Part shown: in pieces, positions 26,176-39,111 of the stretch
Position numbering within the stretch: position 1 is the stretch's first letter
Layout: each line of letters opens with the position of its first letter
Origin: Zygnema circumcarinatum SAG 698-1b
Lineage: Eukaryota; Plantae; Zygnematophyceae
Reading direction: 5' to 3'
Assembly (NCBI GenBank): GCA_037447605.1
Contig: CM074814.1
Coordinates: 2,232,001-2,296,000 of the forward strand
Length of the DNA stretch: 64,000 nucleotides
Position numbers and translations under genes: made by a program
Notes under the pieces: generated by a model
Database searches by the model: none
Told to the model about the DNA's origin: nothing
The model's input: only the letters and a program-made list of their open reading frames with translations

Positions 26176-29100
26176 ATGGAAGTACTACAATGCTGCCATG
26201 GATTCCACAAACCTTCACTCGCAATCCGTCTCGAAACTGCAACTTCTTCCTTTCCAGTTCTTCGTTTTTCACAACGTTGGAGTGTGCAGGCCCGCAAGCT
26301 GCGACAATGGAAGCTGCAAAATGTAACAGCGCGTCTTGGCAAGCAAGAAGGAAAAGATTCCAGAAAGCAATCCACAAGGGCAGGGTGGCTACTTGGCACA
26401 AGATCCGCCCAGCCTGGGCAAGAGAACAAAGCTGTAAAAGGGAAAAAAACTGGAAGAAGGCCAGATGTTGCAACTTTCAAGGGAAAGGTCCTGCCATTGT
26501 GGACTAAACTGCAGGAGAAGATGGCTCTTTCGTATGCACCAGCATGGTATCAACAGCTGTCAGAGGTGCAGGTAGAATCTGCCTACAATAGCTGTTTCCT
26601 TTGATGCACAAATTTATTTTCTCATTAAAAGGGTTGCCAGGAGGACAGAGTGCTTCTTTATGCGTTTATGTGCTTGTAGAGCTCCGAAATGGATGAAGCG
26701 GTGGCAGAAGATTTGACGACGATAGGCATTCTGTGTTTTGGCATTGTTGTGCTTTTGTATTTCTTCGTCCTTGCAAAGCTGCTGCAGCGCCATAGAGCAT
26801 TCAGGGAGGTTCAAGCGTTTTGTCATCTTCACAAAAAATGTTTTATTGCGAGGAGATATCGTTGTTACTTTCTTCTTAGCAGTGTGTGTGATGGCAGGAA
26901 GGCCTCATTATAACATCGGGCTGGTTGAGCTTCGCAACAGCTGTGGTGCGTTGTAAGCCCTTTAGAAAGCCGCATGCTTACAATGAAAGTAAGAAAGAAA
27001 GGAGAAGAAGAAAAAGGATATTTCATTTTTTCGTTTGTCCTTTCAAAATGGTAAGATATATTCGTAAAACACTGCTCCACCACCCAAATGCTAAAGATTT
27101 TGCCAGCATTATTGCATTCTTATATCCAGGCCCTTCTCCTGCGAGTGGCCGCTTTTAATCCAGCGTGCGTTCCATCGTCCAGCATGGCTCCGACCCTGCT
27201 TGTGAGTGTCTTCCAAAGCTTCAAGATACAGCTTCCTGCATACCCTCAGATACGTCCTGAAAGATGTAGCGAACAAAAATGCTGTTGTCTCTTTTCAATG
27301 GATAAAAGAACAAGACACGCAGTTCGTGTTCTAAAAACTTCCATTCACTTCCATGAGGCAAAGAACATTTAGGATGATTTTTGCTACCAACTGACGTAAT
27401 GGCAATGAACATCTTTTGCTCCTTTTCTCGTGGTTTTCCACCTCAATTGTGGACCAAGTTACACGAACAGTTGTCAAAGCCTTCTGCAAATTCCTTCAGG
27501 CATATGGATATGTGTTTTGATGCTCGTCACTTTTTATGAAACGTGGTATCTGATGAGACCTCACTACTACCTCCTGACTTCAGCCTCTGACTTTTTTTCC
27601 AGCCCGGAGACTGCGTTTTTGTGGAGATCCCAACATATCGCTTTTTACGACCTCCAAAACGAGGAGAAGTGGTATGTCCATGTTGACCCCCCTCTAATTT
27701 TCACCTTCTCACCGTTTGGAGCCGAGGTCAGCATGCGCATGAGACTATAAAACCCTTAACCTTGAACCCTTATTCACTAGTCTTAAGCTTCCTCTATACT
27801 CCTGCAAGAGGAAATTCCATGCTTACTTGCAGCTCCTTCAGATAGATACCTTTAGTGAGGTTTCCCTTTTTCGAATTCTTTCGGTCATTCTTTTTGACCA
27901 TTTTGTTTCACTCTTGTAACTGTTCACTAAGGAATCCTCACAGCCTTTTCTTTTCTTCTTTTGTGTGGTGGGAACATGCGTTCTTAAAGGTGGTTTTCTT
28001 CCCTCCAAGTGCTCTTGCACAAGGTGCCAACATCAATCCTTTCAAACTATAACTTGAAAACCATCAATGGAAGACAGTTCTTGTTCTAAAACTTGCTTGA
28101 AGGCATTCGAAGGTTCTGCACCTCTGAGCTGTTGTTCATGGCTTGATCTCGTTAAGCCTTATACGAATATTGGACTAAAAACATACCTCACATGCTTATG
28201 TAGGAGGCCTTCTACGAGGTACTTTTATAGAAAGTAGCCACATTATTGGGGAAAGCAGTGCAGGGCTGATAAAGTTCAAATTTCCTCCATGCAGATGAAA
28301 AGGAAGGAATCATTGTCGATGGCCAAAATTTGCGTGTCCAATATGTGAAAAGAGTGGTGGCAGTTGCAGGGGATACTGTGGAGGTATGCTCAGCTACATT
28401 CCTGATGCTTTATTTCTGAAGTTTTAGCCTTCATTTCTTGAGTTTTCCTTATTCCTACAAGCACATTCGAAAACCTTAGCAAGGAAAAGTATTCATAACG
28501 ACTGCTTGAGAAAAGCTGAACTGCGAGAGATATGTGCGTTCATGTTGAGCCTGTCTTCTGCTTCTGCTCAATTGGCGGTTTGCCTTTGATGAAGTTCAGG
28601 TGACAGGAGGCAGAGTGCTTGTAAATGGGACTCCTCGAAAGGAAGAGGCAGAAAAGTATCAAAGGAGAGAAAGAGGGTCTGATCCACGAAGGGCATTTTC
28701 TGAAGACAGCGCCCTCTTGCAGGTGAGAGTCGAAATGTGCAACAACTGGTTGGCAATGGCTGCAGAAGAGCACTTCTTAACAGTTGAGATATTCACGATA
28801 ACTTGAAGAAATTACACAACTAAGATACGAATGCATTAAAGAGTTAAATCCAGAATTTATGGTCCTATGGCAAATACGGAACTTAAGAATTGGAGGGGCT
28901 CACTTTAAGACTTACTTTGAATCTGCGCTCTAAGTAGGTCATAACGGATTTGGTTGTGGGAAATTCCTGGTGCATCATTGCTAGAACAGGCCAACTATGA
29001 GCTACCTCCTCTGAAAGTGCCACCCGGAGCTCTGTTTGTACTGGTAAGCCCCCCCCCCCGCTCCCTTCCGCTCCCCCCTCCACCCCCTCATCCCTCTCTC

Positions 29101-29408
29101 TCTCCCACCTCATTCGTCCCTCTCCCTCTCCCTCCCCCCCCATCCCCTCTCTCTCTCCCTCTCCCACCCCACTCGTCCCTCTCCCTCTCCCTGCCCCCAT
29201 CCCCTCCTCTCTCTCTCCCACCCCACTCGTCCCTCTCCCTCTCCCCCCAAACCCCCCACCTTTAGTCTGTTTGCTTCTGTTGAGAGTGCAGGGCGACAAC
29301 AGGAACAGGAGCCAGGACTCGCACGTGTGGGGCTTCCTTCCCGAGTCCCGCCTTGTGGGGCGATGCTGGTTCAGATGGAGCCCCTTCACTCGCCTGGGAG
29401 TGCTGTGA
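26176..29408 (+). CDS. Type I signal peptidase (S26A), probably a thylakoidal processing peptidase, multi-exon
   Basis: Catalytic Ser box VPSSSMAPTLL|PGD; VKRVVAVAGDTVEV..GRVLVNG; VPPGALFVL|GDNRNRSQDSHVWG. Transit-like first exon from 26176; 5' exons less certain. Confidence 0.88.
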
Positions 29409-31540
29409 ATGCTTCTGGGGGGAGCTTTTTTGTCAATTGAAACCACCACTAGAAAATTGATGTTGAAACTGCAGTTGACTTCTCGATTGTGCAGTTGTTC
29501 TTTTGTAATACGATTTATTTCATGTGCTGAGTGGCAGTAACGAGGGAGTACCATCGTAAAAAGGGACACAAGCGGAAGCGCTTTATTTATTTCATACAAT
29601 GCCAAAAAAGTGTACAAAAAGGTCACGACTTAAATTTACTGGAAGCCGACAACCTACAAGCAGTCACGAAGGGAACATCTTATGCTGTCTTTGTTTTCTC
29701 AGTGGAGAAATTCCAACCGCTTTCGCAAGTGAAAAAGTCACTCGCCTAAAGGTTCTGGAGAGGCTCAAGTTCTGGAGAAACCGAAGAAACAATAGCCTTA
29801 GTCCCTGCACCAATCTCTTCAGGAAAGCAGCAGACGCGGCAGATGAGAGTGAGTACGTGAAGTTAGAACAGAGATACAAATTTGCATTCGCTGCTACACA
29901 GTCGGGTTGTAAAGTAGGTCGATGTTGCCATTCTCTGGAAGGACAAAGTAAACACAATGATGAGACAATTCCTACTATGAACTATCAAATGTTGAGCTTC
30001 CCCTGACGACAAAGGCATGGTGCCTGCCAAGCCGTAAAGCATGCAGTCGCTCATTTCCTTTGCGCACCGTTAATTAGGCTGGGCAGGACAAATGCCTGTC
30101 CAGCCTCAGTACATGTGCGTAAACCATGACAATGGATAGCAATATCAGGCTGAAAGATTCAACATGCCACTTTGGCAAGTTGAAAATCAACTATAATCAT
30201 GTCAGCACACCGAAAGCGCATCCTGCAGCACCGACCTGCCAAACCCTAAGTCGTGCACTGTATTGTAAGATCAACCCTAAATTGAAAGAACCATAAACCG
30301 AGAACCAGAAACCACAAACCACAAACCATTACCCATGCTGTATGTCGAAAGTAGGCAAAGTAGGCCCACAGGCCATCCCACAGCCACCACACAACCAACA
30401 CTGTCATTGTTTTCTTCTGAGAGAATTTTTTTTTCCTTCTATAACGAATACATAATTATTATACTCAGCTGAGATCCATCCTTTAGGTGAAAGGAAGGAA
30501 ATACCTCTCCATCCCTGCCTCCACTTTCATCTTGCCATCTGGGCAGTCCTCAACCCTAAAACCTAAACCCTAGTCCATCCTCAATACATCTCACTCTCTC
30601 TCCATAACTGCCTCCGTATTCCCTCCCACACCCGGACCCATCCGGGCCGCCCTCCCGAGTTACCAGAAATGCTGCGCCAATCAAACAACGCTGCGTGTCA
30701 ATCAGTGATTTTCGGAAAAGCTTCACTAATTGAATAAGCGGAATGCTTTACATCATCCACATGTGACATCACTAGTCAGTAATGGGCTCCATGGTGTCCT
30801 CAGCTCTCATAGCAATAGTACCCTCATGGAGTGGCATTAGCAGCCGCCATAGCCATCTGGAGCTCCATAGGAAAGAAGAGTGGAAGAAGATGAGAGAGCA
30901 AAGGGTGAACGAATGGAGAAGGTGGCGGAAGCGGAGAGAGATGGAGAGAGATAAATCGAGAGGAGATGAAGGAATGAAGAAGGTGATGGAGGCGGAGAGA
31001 GGAGAGGAGGAGAGGAGTTGATGAGAAGGAGAGAGAGGAAAGAGACTCCAGAGGCCAGTGCTAGCTGCCCACCACTTTTCCTTCAGGCTTTGGTTTTTCC
31101 ATCACAGGACACCATAAATGGAGCACAAAAAAAAAAAAAAAAAAAAAACCAATAGGAAAGAAGACTTAGTTGCAGCCAAGCCGCAAACACCCATCGTTGT
31201 TATTTTTTTCAGATTGAACTCGAAAGGAGTAGCAAGGGAACTTCAATCTGAGATACCAATGTCAGTATTCACAGCATCGGAATTCGCAATCCTGATCCTC
31301 TAAATCTAAATGTATCCGATGAAACCGAGGTAAAATGCCCATTCTAGAGTCAGGGAATGGGAAAAAATACCACTTGTTTTGCAGCCATAGCCAAAACACC
31401 TTCAATCCCCATGAAAACTGGGCTGAATCCAAATCGACTCCACTCGTTGATCCCAATACAACGATTTTGTGAGAATTGGATTGGAAGCTTTTGCCCATAT
31501 AGAAGCCTCTTCAAGCCTCTCGCTCTTATAACTGCAGCTC

Positions 31541-34500
31541 TCATCTCTTTCCTGCCCATCCTGGACAGGGCTCCGCTGCATCTGAAAGACCTAACGCCAT
31601 TTCCTTCAACCTTCGCTTCAACCAGACCAAAAACTTCCTTCCCTCGCATTCAAGTCTGCCCGAAGACTCGTCGAAAGCACTGAAAGGGGCTCCCATACTC
31701 CTCAGAATCCCTTCAATGTATGCTGTTAGTGACTCCTCAACTTCTCCATCTTCCACCGCCTTATCCCAACTCATTGCTATGCCATTCTTTGCCATACAGA
31801 TTGCGACTCTGTCAGGACAAACCGATGGCTGCTCAGCTACCGCTACCTCACATTTCTCCAGCCATTGCAGAATTGCTACTGCAGCTGCTGCAGGTCTGAG
31901 AAGATGGACATCCAAAGACCATTCTGAATCCTTAAAAACAGACCCACCTTTCACGGAACCTCTCCGCTGACCCTCTACAAATACCCACTTACTCTTCTCT
32001 CCCAAGCCAAAACTCCATAGAGCTGCAATAAGTGCATCGTAAAAAGGCCCCCATTTACGAGCGATGGGGTTCAGCTTTCCCAAATGATCAAAGAGCTCAT
32101 TTACCTCCTTCAAAGCTGCAGCACCTCTATGATCCCTCACATTCTTTCTGCTTCTGTAGCCATCAAGTGGCTCAGACCTCCAAGAGAACGAAGAAGATTT
32201 CTCTCTAAACGCTCTCCCTGTCGGTGATTGCAGCATTGCAGGCACTGTGAACTCATACCTACTATCATCTGGCTCTCCAAATACTTCAACGTTAACTTTA
32301 TCAGAACTCGCAAAGCTTGACACCATGTAGTCAATCTCCCTTTTCTGCTCACTAAAACTAAGCTGAGCGCTGCCATTCTTCGAATCTTTCCTTAAAGGGC
32401 GAGCAGAATACTCTGAACTGAACAGCCGGCAGAGAGGAGAGTATCTTCCCTCCTCAATATGAGCCATCCAACGAAGCACATCTCTTGCATCCTCCCATGA
32501 TTTTGACTCACTCAAAACCCAAAGCAAAGCAATACACGCTTTCACCGAAGGAGGTCGATCTGGAAGCCCCTCCACCTCAAGAAGCTGCCCAGAAACTTCT
32601 TCCACCATGTATGACCTTCCCTGAGCTATTAATAGTGCAGAATATGTTGTGGGATCAGGCAACATCCCGTCTTCTTGAATCTCCTGAAAAACCCTCTCAG
32701 CTTCTCCTGGTCTCCCTGCCTTTCCGTATGCTGTGATAGCATGTGTCAGAATGGAAATCGCAGGCTTTAACTTCATTAATCTCATGGTCTTCATAGTCTT
32801 TTCCATCTGCTTGATCTCACCATTTACCGCGAATCCTTCTATCAGTATTTGGAATGTTCTAGAGTCAGTCTGACACTTGGAAGCGAGCATGTTCGCATAT
32901 GTCTTAGCCATCTCCTCGTAGAGACCAGCTCGACAATAAGATAAAATAAGGTGATTGAAAGTTTCAGTGTCTGCCTTCTCGCCCATTCTTCCCAACTCAC
33001 TCCATAATCTCCGGACTTTTTCAAAAAGACCCACTTTAGAATAAGCCCCCATCATTGCCTTCAAACTTTTCGCATTTGCTCGTATGTCTAGATGACTCAT
33101 TTCCTCATATAAACCTTCCATTTTGCTCAAAAACCCACCTTTAGCGTAAACTGAAATCAGCGAAGCATACGTTATATTGTCGGGTTTGCAACCTTTGGCA
33201 TTCATTTCTTTCCACATAGACTCCACCATCCCGAACGCCTGAGCTTCCCCATAGGCATCAATAGCTGCATTATAAACTGCAACATCCGGCTTCACTCCAG
33301 CTTCGTTCATCTGGACGAGGGTCCTTCCCACAAGCTTGGACATTTTCTGCTTCCCGTATGCATAAATGATTGAGCAGTACGTTATTTGGTTTGGCTTCAC
33401 CTTCAGCTGCTTCATTTCCCTCAAGCAATTCTCCATGTCTTGCAACATCCCTGCTTTACCATAGGCATCTATTGCAGAATTGAAGGACATTGCTGTCAAC
33501 CGATAGCGACTTCGAATCATATGCCGGAGAGTGCGCTTCATCTTGTCCAGAAAACCCCATTTTCCATAAGCATCAATAAGTGCATTGTAAGTGAAGTGGT
33601 CTGGCGCACTTCCCTCAACCTGCATGCTCTCAAATGTGGCTTCCATATTCTCAATTAGGCCATACCTGCATCCGGCAAAAACAGACAATGGATAATGAAT
33701 GACTCTGAATGGCAGGATGAAAGGACTGCTCAAAACATAAACACCTCGAAATCAACAGTTTCACCAGGTGCTTTCATTATTGAATTGCACTCTGCATACT
33801 CCATCCACAGTGAAGAAGCGATCTTCAATCTTTTCTGAATCGTCTTGAACTGCTCAAGTTAACCATGAGACACAATTCATGGTTTCAAAGGACTTCCGGC
33901 CTGTCAGAGTTTCAACTCTTTCTAAGGACTTCAAAATTTCATTGGAAAGCTGTTACATGCTCAACACCAGCGCCACAAAAGACAAAAGTGGGGTCCCCAA
34001 GGAAAGCGAGTCCGTGAGAACAGCATACTTGCCAAAACTGCGCACAAGAGTATTGTATGTGACCGTGTCTGGCACACATCCCGCCTCTACCATCTCCACG
34101 AACTTGCTCTGCATCTTCTCGATCTCGCCCAAGCGCCCATATCCATCGATGACAATGTTGTAGGTCACTTCGTTTGCCAGACAGCCCCTCTCTGGCATCT
34201 CCGCAAGCAGAAGTTCCGCATCCATCATCCGGCTCGATCTGCATAGAGCCCTTATCACTGCACTGCACCTCAAGACAAGTCAACGCTATCCAATTCAAAT
34301 ACTGGAAATGAGATTAAGTGAGGGTACGGCGAAGGGTAAGTATGGAGCGGAAGCAGCATGAACATTTGCAAGTGGGGCCAATAGCAGCTCACGACACTGG
34401 CATGCATAAGTTGCCGATTTCTGTTGCAAAAACCTAGCCGGAGGAAAAATTTAGCTTTCGTTTCTGTAGGATACCATCGTATCTTATTTCGCATTCAACA

Positions 34501-36054
34501 GAAAACAGTCTTGGATTCAGACTTCGCAGGTTCCAATAAACTCATGAATAATGCATATCAATAATTGTGAAATCTTTTCACAAATTTAAACATTAAAAAA
34601 CTACACTTCACATGCGACTGGTTACACACAGTATACAGCATACGGCATACAGCTTCAAAACAAGAACTAACCCAAACAAAAAAAAATGTCCTATGCACAT
34701 TCCAAACCCACTTCCAAAAAGTTGTCCCAGGAGTCCACTGCTAGCAAACCTGTATGTTGCTTCATCAGGAGGATACATCTCGCTGTGCTTCATCTCCTCA
34801 AATAAGCTCATTGCATCCCACAGTCTTCCATGTCGCCCATAAGTATCCAACATAGCTGTGTAAACAGGCGTCGTTCGGGGGCACTTCTGGAGGTCCATGG
34901 CTCTGAACAACTCCTCGGCCAGCTGAACCTCACCAGCCTTTCCGGTGAGTGCGATGAGGTACGTGTAGATCATGGGGTCCGGCCGATACCACTCGAGGTT
35001 GCGAATGGTGTCAAAGGCCTGCACTGCAAATACCGAAGCTGATTCAACCCCATCAGCAGGAGAGGCAAGAGAATGACCTGGGAAGGGGAGGGCAAGGGGG
35101 AGATAAGACGAAGGAAGGAAGGAGGGAAGGGAGAGATAGAGAGGAAGGGAGAAGGCGGGGGGGGGGGGGAGGAGAAGCGGGAGGGAGGGACGAAGAGAGG
35201 GAAGGACTGAGGGAGAGAGAGGGGGATGGAAAGTAGGAGAAGGGAAAAGGGAAGGAGAAAGAGTCAGAGGGAGGTGGCATTGCCAGAGAAAGTGAGCGAC
35301 TTCTACAAAGCAACACCCTTTCCAGCCGCATGTATTCCACTTTACAACATTTCAATTTCTGGATGAGGCAATTGCTTCCCCATCTATAAATTTAAAATCT
35401 CAAACTCCTTTCCTTTCTGCCGATTGACAACATGAACTCAAGAAAGCCCCTCCTCGTACTACTCACCTCTATTGCCCTGCGCCAATCCCCTCTGCGAATG
35501 AGCTCCCATACTGTCCCTAGGGCACACTCAGGCCCGAGCTTCCGCGAGTATTTCTTAACGACAGACGATAATGTCTGCTGACTCTCCGGACTCAGTTTTG
35601 ACAGTTGGACCATCACTGTCGAAATCTGCTGCCTCACAACATCCTCCGATTTCTGGCCCTTCCTCCTCACTGACATGGCTTTGACATGCTGTAATACACG
35701 CTTGGGTGCAGATTGCCCTTGCAGGCCTGGCCCTAACCCTAACCCTAACTCTGCCCCTCGTGAAAGGAATGACAGCCTGGAACCACGCCATGGCGTGGCT
35801 GGCACCTCACGGAAAATATATCGACCACTCTGGAAAGGAATGGTTCTCAACCCGCAAGAGGGAGCGGCAGGCAACTGCGGAGCAAAGCCGGCTGGTACTG
35901 AAACAGAGCATAAAGAGACAGAGAGCTCTGTCGGCAGGGAGGGCGCAGAGGAACAAGGCCGCCATGTGAAGAGCTTCCCGCAGCAAGCCCCCTTGCTGGA
36001 AGAAGCTCCCTGCCATAGATATGGCGGCTGCAGGGCTACAGCTCCGGCAGCCAT
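31541..36054 (-). CDS. P-class PPR protein with C-terminal Smr-like domain (GUN1/pTAC2-like architecture), organelle-targeted
   Basis: More than ten 35-aa PPR repeats (PDxxTYNALIDAYGK...) over 4 exons. C-terminus FYDALIAALW..EWSLDVHLL..WL..ILRSMGAPF..GRL..WL resembles the PPR-SMR tail. Confidence 0.9.
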
Positions 36055-36108
36055 GGCGGCGATAGAACCCCCCGTCTCGAACGCAGGGCTCCTATAGGCG
36101 AACATCGT

Positions 36109-36161
36109 CCAATTGGGAACGGCCACGTGTACATACTGTATACGTGGCGCGTTTTCATTGG
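36109..36161. promoter_or_regulatory. CCAAT/G-box inverted dyad 55 bp upstream of the PPR-SMR start codon
   Basis: CCAAT tgggaacg GCCACGT N13 ACGTGGC gcgttttc ATTGG. Confidence 0.62.
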
Positions 36162-36287
36162 ACAATGCGTTCGAGAAAGGTGCGAACTCGCTGGAAGCGA
36201 TCCACAGGTCGAGGAGGATGGGTCGTGGATCGCAAGAGATGGGGATGATGCCATGGACATGTATGGACATGGACATGGATGGATGGA

Positions 36288-36623
36288 CACATAGGGCGGA
36301 CCATTAGACCAACCATTTGACTGAGTGCCAACCATTGGCGCCAGACCGAAACAACCATTCGACTGGTTCGGAACCAGTGGATGCCAATGCTTGGCAACCA
36401 TTCGACTAGTTTGGAACCATTGGTTCCAATGCTTGCCAACCATTCGACTGGTTGCAAACCATTAGATGTCCAACCATTGGAAAACCAATGGATGGCAATG
36501 GTTGGAAATCCAATGGTTGGAAATCGACTGGTTGCCAACCATTCGACTGGTTGCCAACCAGTAGACGTCCAACCATTGCGATCCAATGGTTGTCAAATGG
36601 TTGCCGATCCTCTGGTCCCTGTG
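36288..36623 (-). mobile_element. Degenerate short copy of the same element family
   Basis: The reverse complement reproduces the left end (GGACCAG.GGATCGGCAACCATT.GACAACCATTGGAT.GCAATGGTTGGACGTCTACTGGT) and the right end (GTCTAATGGTCC). No central hairpin and no intact TSD. Confidence 0.75.
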
Positions 36624-36996
36624 AAGCGATATTAGCACAGTAAAAGTACCACCTCGCTAAAGCGAGAGACAATATTACATTATAGAGATGTATACCCCTC
36701 TAAAGTAAATCCGCTTAAAAAAAGGAAATATTACATTATCTCAGATTTCTATGCCATAACAGTTCCGTATTACGACCAGTACAACTATAGAAATCGTTCC
36801 AAGCATATAACCAGTCCTCTGCAGCCCAAAAATTATATCGGGAAATCCCAAAATAATAACGTTTCGGATCCTCCCCCGCCGGCCCCTTCCCTTTCCCTCC
36901 CTCCCTCGAGCTGAGCTGAGCACCAAGGGAGAAGGCAGCAAGGAAAATTAGGGTTTGTGCTGCAGGAGGCACTGTCTGCCTAATCTCGGGGCAGCC

Positions 36997-39078
36997 ATGG
37001 CCACGCGTCTGGTGGCTGCTGCAGCAGTCAGAGCAGCGCGCAAAGGGAAGAGAGCGCTCTTCTCGCGCTCGCTCTCTACGCAGGCTGTGGCTCTGCAAGA
37101 CGACCGCTTCACGAAATACAGCTCCCCTGTCCCTGTGAGCATAGATCACAGCGACATTCTGCGCTCTCTTCCCACAAAGATCACCACTCTTCCGAACGGC
37201 CTGCGCGTTGCAACTGAGTCGAGTCCCTTGGCGCAGACTGCAACAGTTGGAGTTTGGATCGACGCTGGGAGCCGCTTTGAAACAGATGCGACTAATGGAA
37301 CTGCACATTTTCTGGAGCATATGATTTTTAAGGGCACAGAGACGCGAGGGGTGAGGCAGTTGGAGGAAGGGATAGAGAACTTGGGAGCCCGGCTTGATGC
37401 TTACACTTCAAGGGAGCAGACGACATACTATGCGAAGGTTTTGAAGAGCGATGTTCCGAAGGCGGTCGAGATCTTGTCGGACATCTTGCAACATTCGAAG
37501 CTTGGGGAAAGGCACATAGAGAGGGAGCGCGACGTGATCTTGCGGGAGATGGAAGAGGTGTGTGAACGTTGAGAGTTTGAAAAAATGGTTGCATGCGGAT
37601 TAGGTTTCCACTCCTAAACTTTGGAGGTATGTTTCTTTTAGTGAGAGCCGCGTCCAGTATCACTCTGCATGCAAAAGAGTTGATTCTCACTGAAAGTTTG
37701 CTGTTATATTGTGCATATTACGCTTGCGTTTGCGTGCATTCATGGTAGCATTTCTTCTATTTCTTACAATGTACACCCTCTGCAGGTTGAGAAGCAATCG
37801 GTAGAGGTGTTGTTCGACCACCTCCATGCAACTGCATTCCAGCATACGCCCCTCGGCCGTACGATACTCGGGCCTGCGGCGAATATTGCAAGATTGAGCC
37901 AAGCAGACTTGAAAAAATATATTGAAACTCATTACACGGGCCCTCGCATGGTGAGGACTAATTCCAATACTGTGTTCACTTTCGTTTTGTTGATGAAAGA
38001 AATTAGCTTGATATGGCTTGCTATTTCGAGGGACACACTTCTAACTGTAAAGTTTGATCCATGTTGATACGATGAATGGGCTATGTGAGGTTTGCGTCTT
38101 CAATGCTTTCTAGTTGAGAATTGTGAACGTCATCAGTTGATCATTCCAGGCAAAAAGACACCCTCTGTCGTCACGTCTACCTACCTACCTGTCGTCGTAT
38201 TGGGTTATGAGTGACAATACGAGAGCGAAGGCGTAGTAATTAGGTTTGCTAAGTTGCTTCCTTTTAATGTCAACTTTTGTTGATTTGCAGGTGATAGCTG
38301 CTGCTGGTGCCGTTGATCATGACGAAATAGTTAAGCTGGTCGAGAAATCGTTTTCCTCGTTGTCAACAGATCCAACAACTGCAGCTGACCTGGTGGCTAA
38401 GGAACCGGCTGTTTTTACCGGGTCTGAGGTGCGATTTTTAACCTAAGCGCCAAGTCTGTAGATGCTTCACATTGATGCAGCGAATGACATGAATGGTCTT
38501 GAGTATTTAATGAACTTATGGATTCCATAATCTTCGCTGAGTTTGCTGCGTTGCCTGCTTGCCTACTAACTCTGAGGTTGTGTTTTTGTGGAGGATGTCC
38601 TGTCAGGTTCGAATTCGGGATGATGACAAACCACTAGCACATTTCGCGGTCGCCTTTGCCGGTGCTTCTTGGACAGACCCCGATGCCATCCCTTTGATGG
38701 TCATGCAGAGCATGCTCGGAGCCTGGAATAACGCTGCAGGAGCTGGTGTGCATATGGGGTAAACTCGTAACCATGTATCATATATAGATACAGCGGCTCA
38801 GTGATTTCAATAATTACCCTTTGCTCTGGTTTTCAGGTTTACTAGTTTCGCACACAGGTACTGAGCTTGAGAACTCTTTCTGCATGCCCCTTTCTAAAGA
38901 TGCTTGCTTTTCTTTCTGTTTCTTTCTTCGAACTCCCTATGTATGTTCAGTTCTGAGCTCACACAACTGGTGGCCGCAAATGGTTTGGCGGAGAGCGTGA
39001 TGGCCTTCAACACTAATTATAGCGACGCTGGACTCTTTGGAGTTACTGCTGTGGCACCGGTGAGCTCGATGGCATGGC

Positions 39079-39111
<33 letters not shown>

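Noticed and set aside
29956-30006. C/D-box snoRNA-like ATGATGA...CTGA (similar candidates near 16576-16668 and 30700-30757 minus)
   Set aside because: No terminal stem and no convincing rRNA guide; the best is a 10-nt match. Such motifs are expected by chance in 64 kb.
35728-35750. (CCCTAA)3 telomere-like repeat
   Set aside because: It lies within the PPR first exon (GLGLG) and is too short to indicate a telomere remnant.
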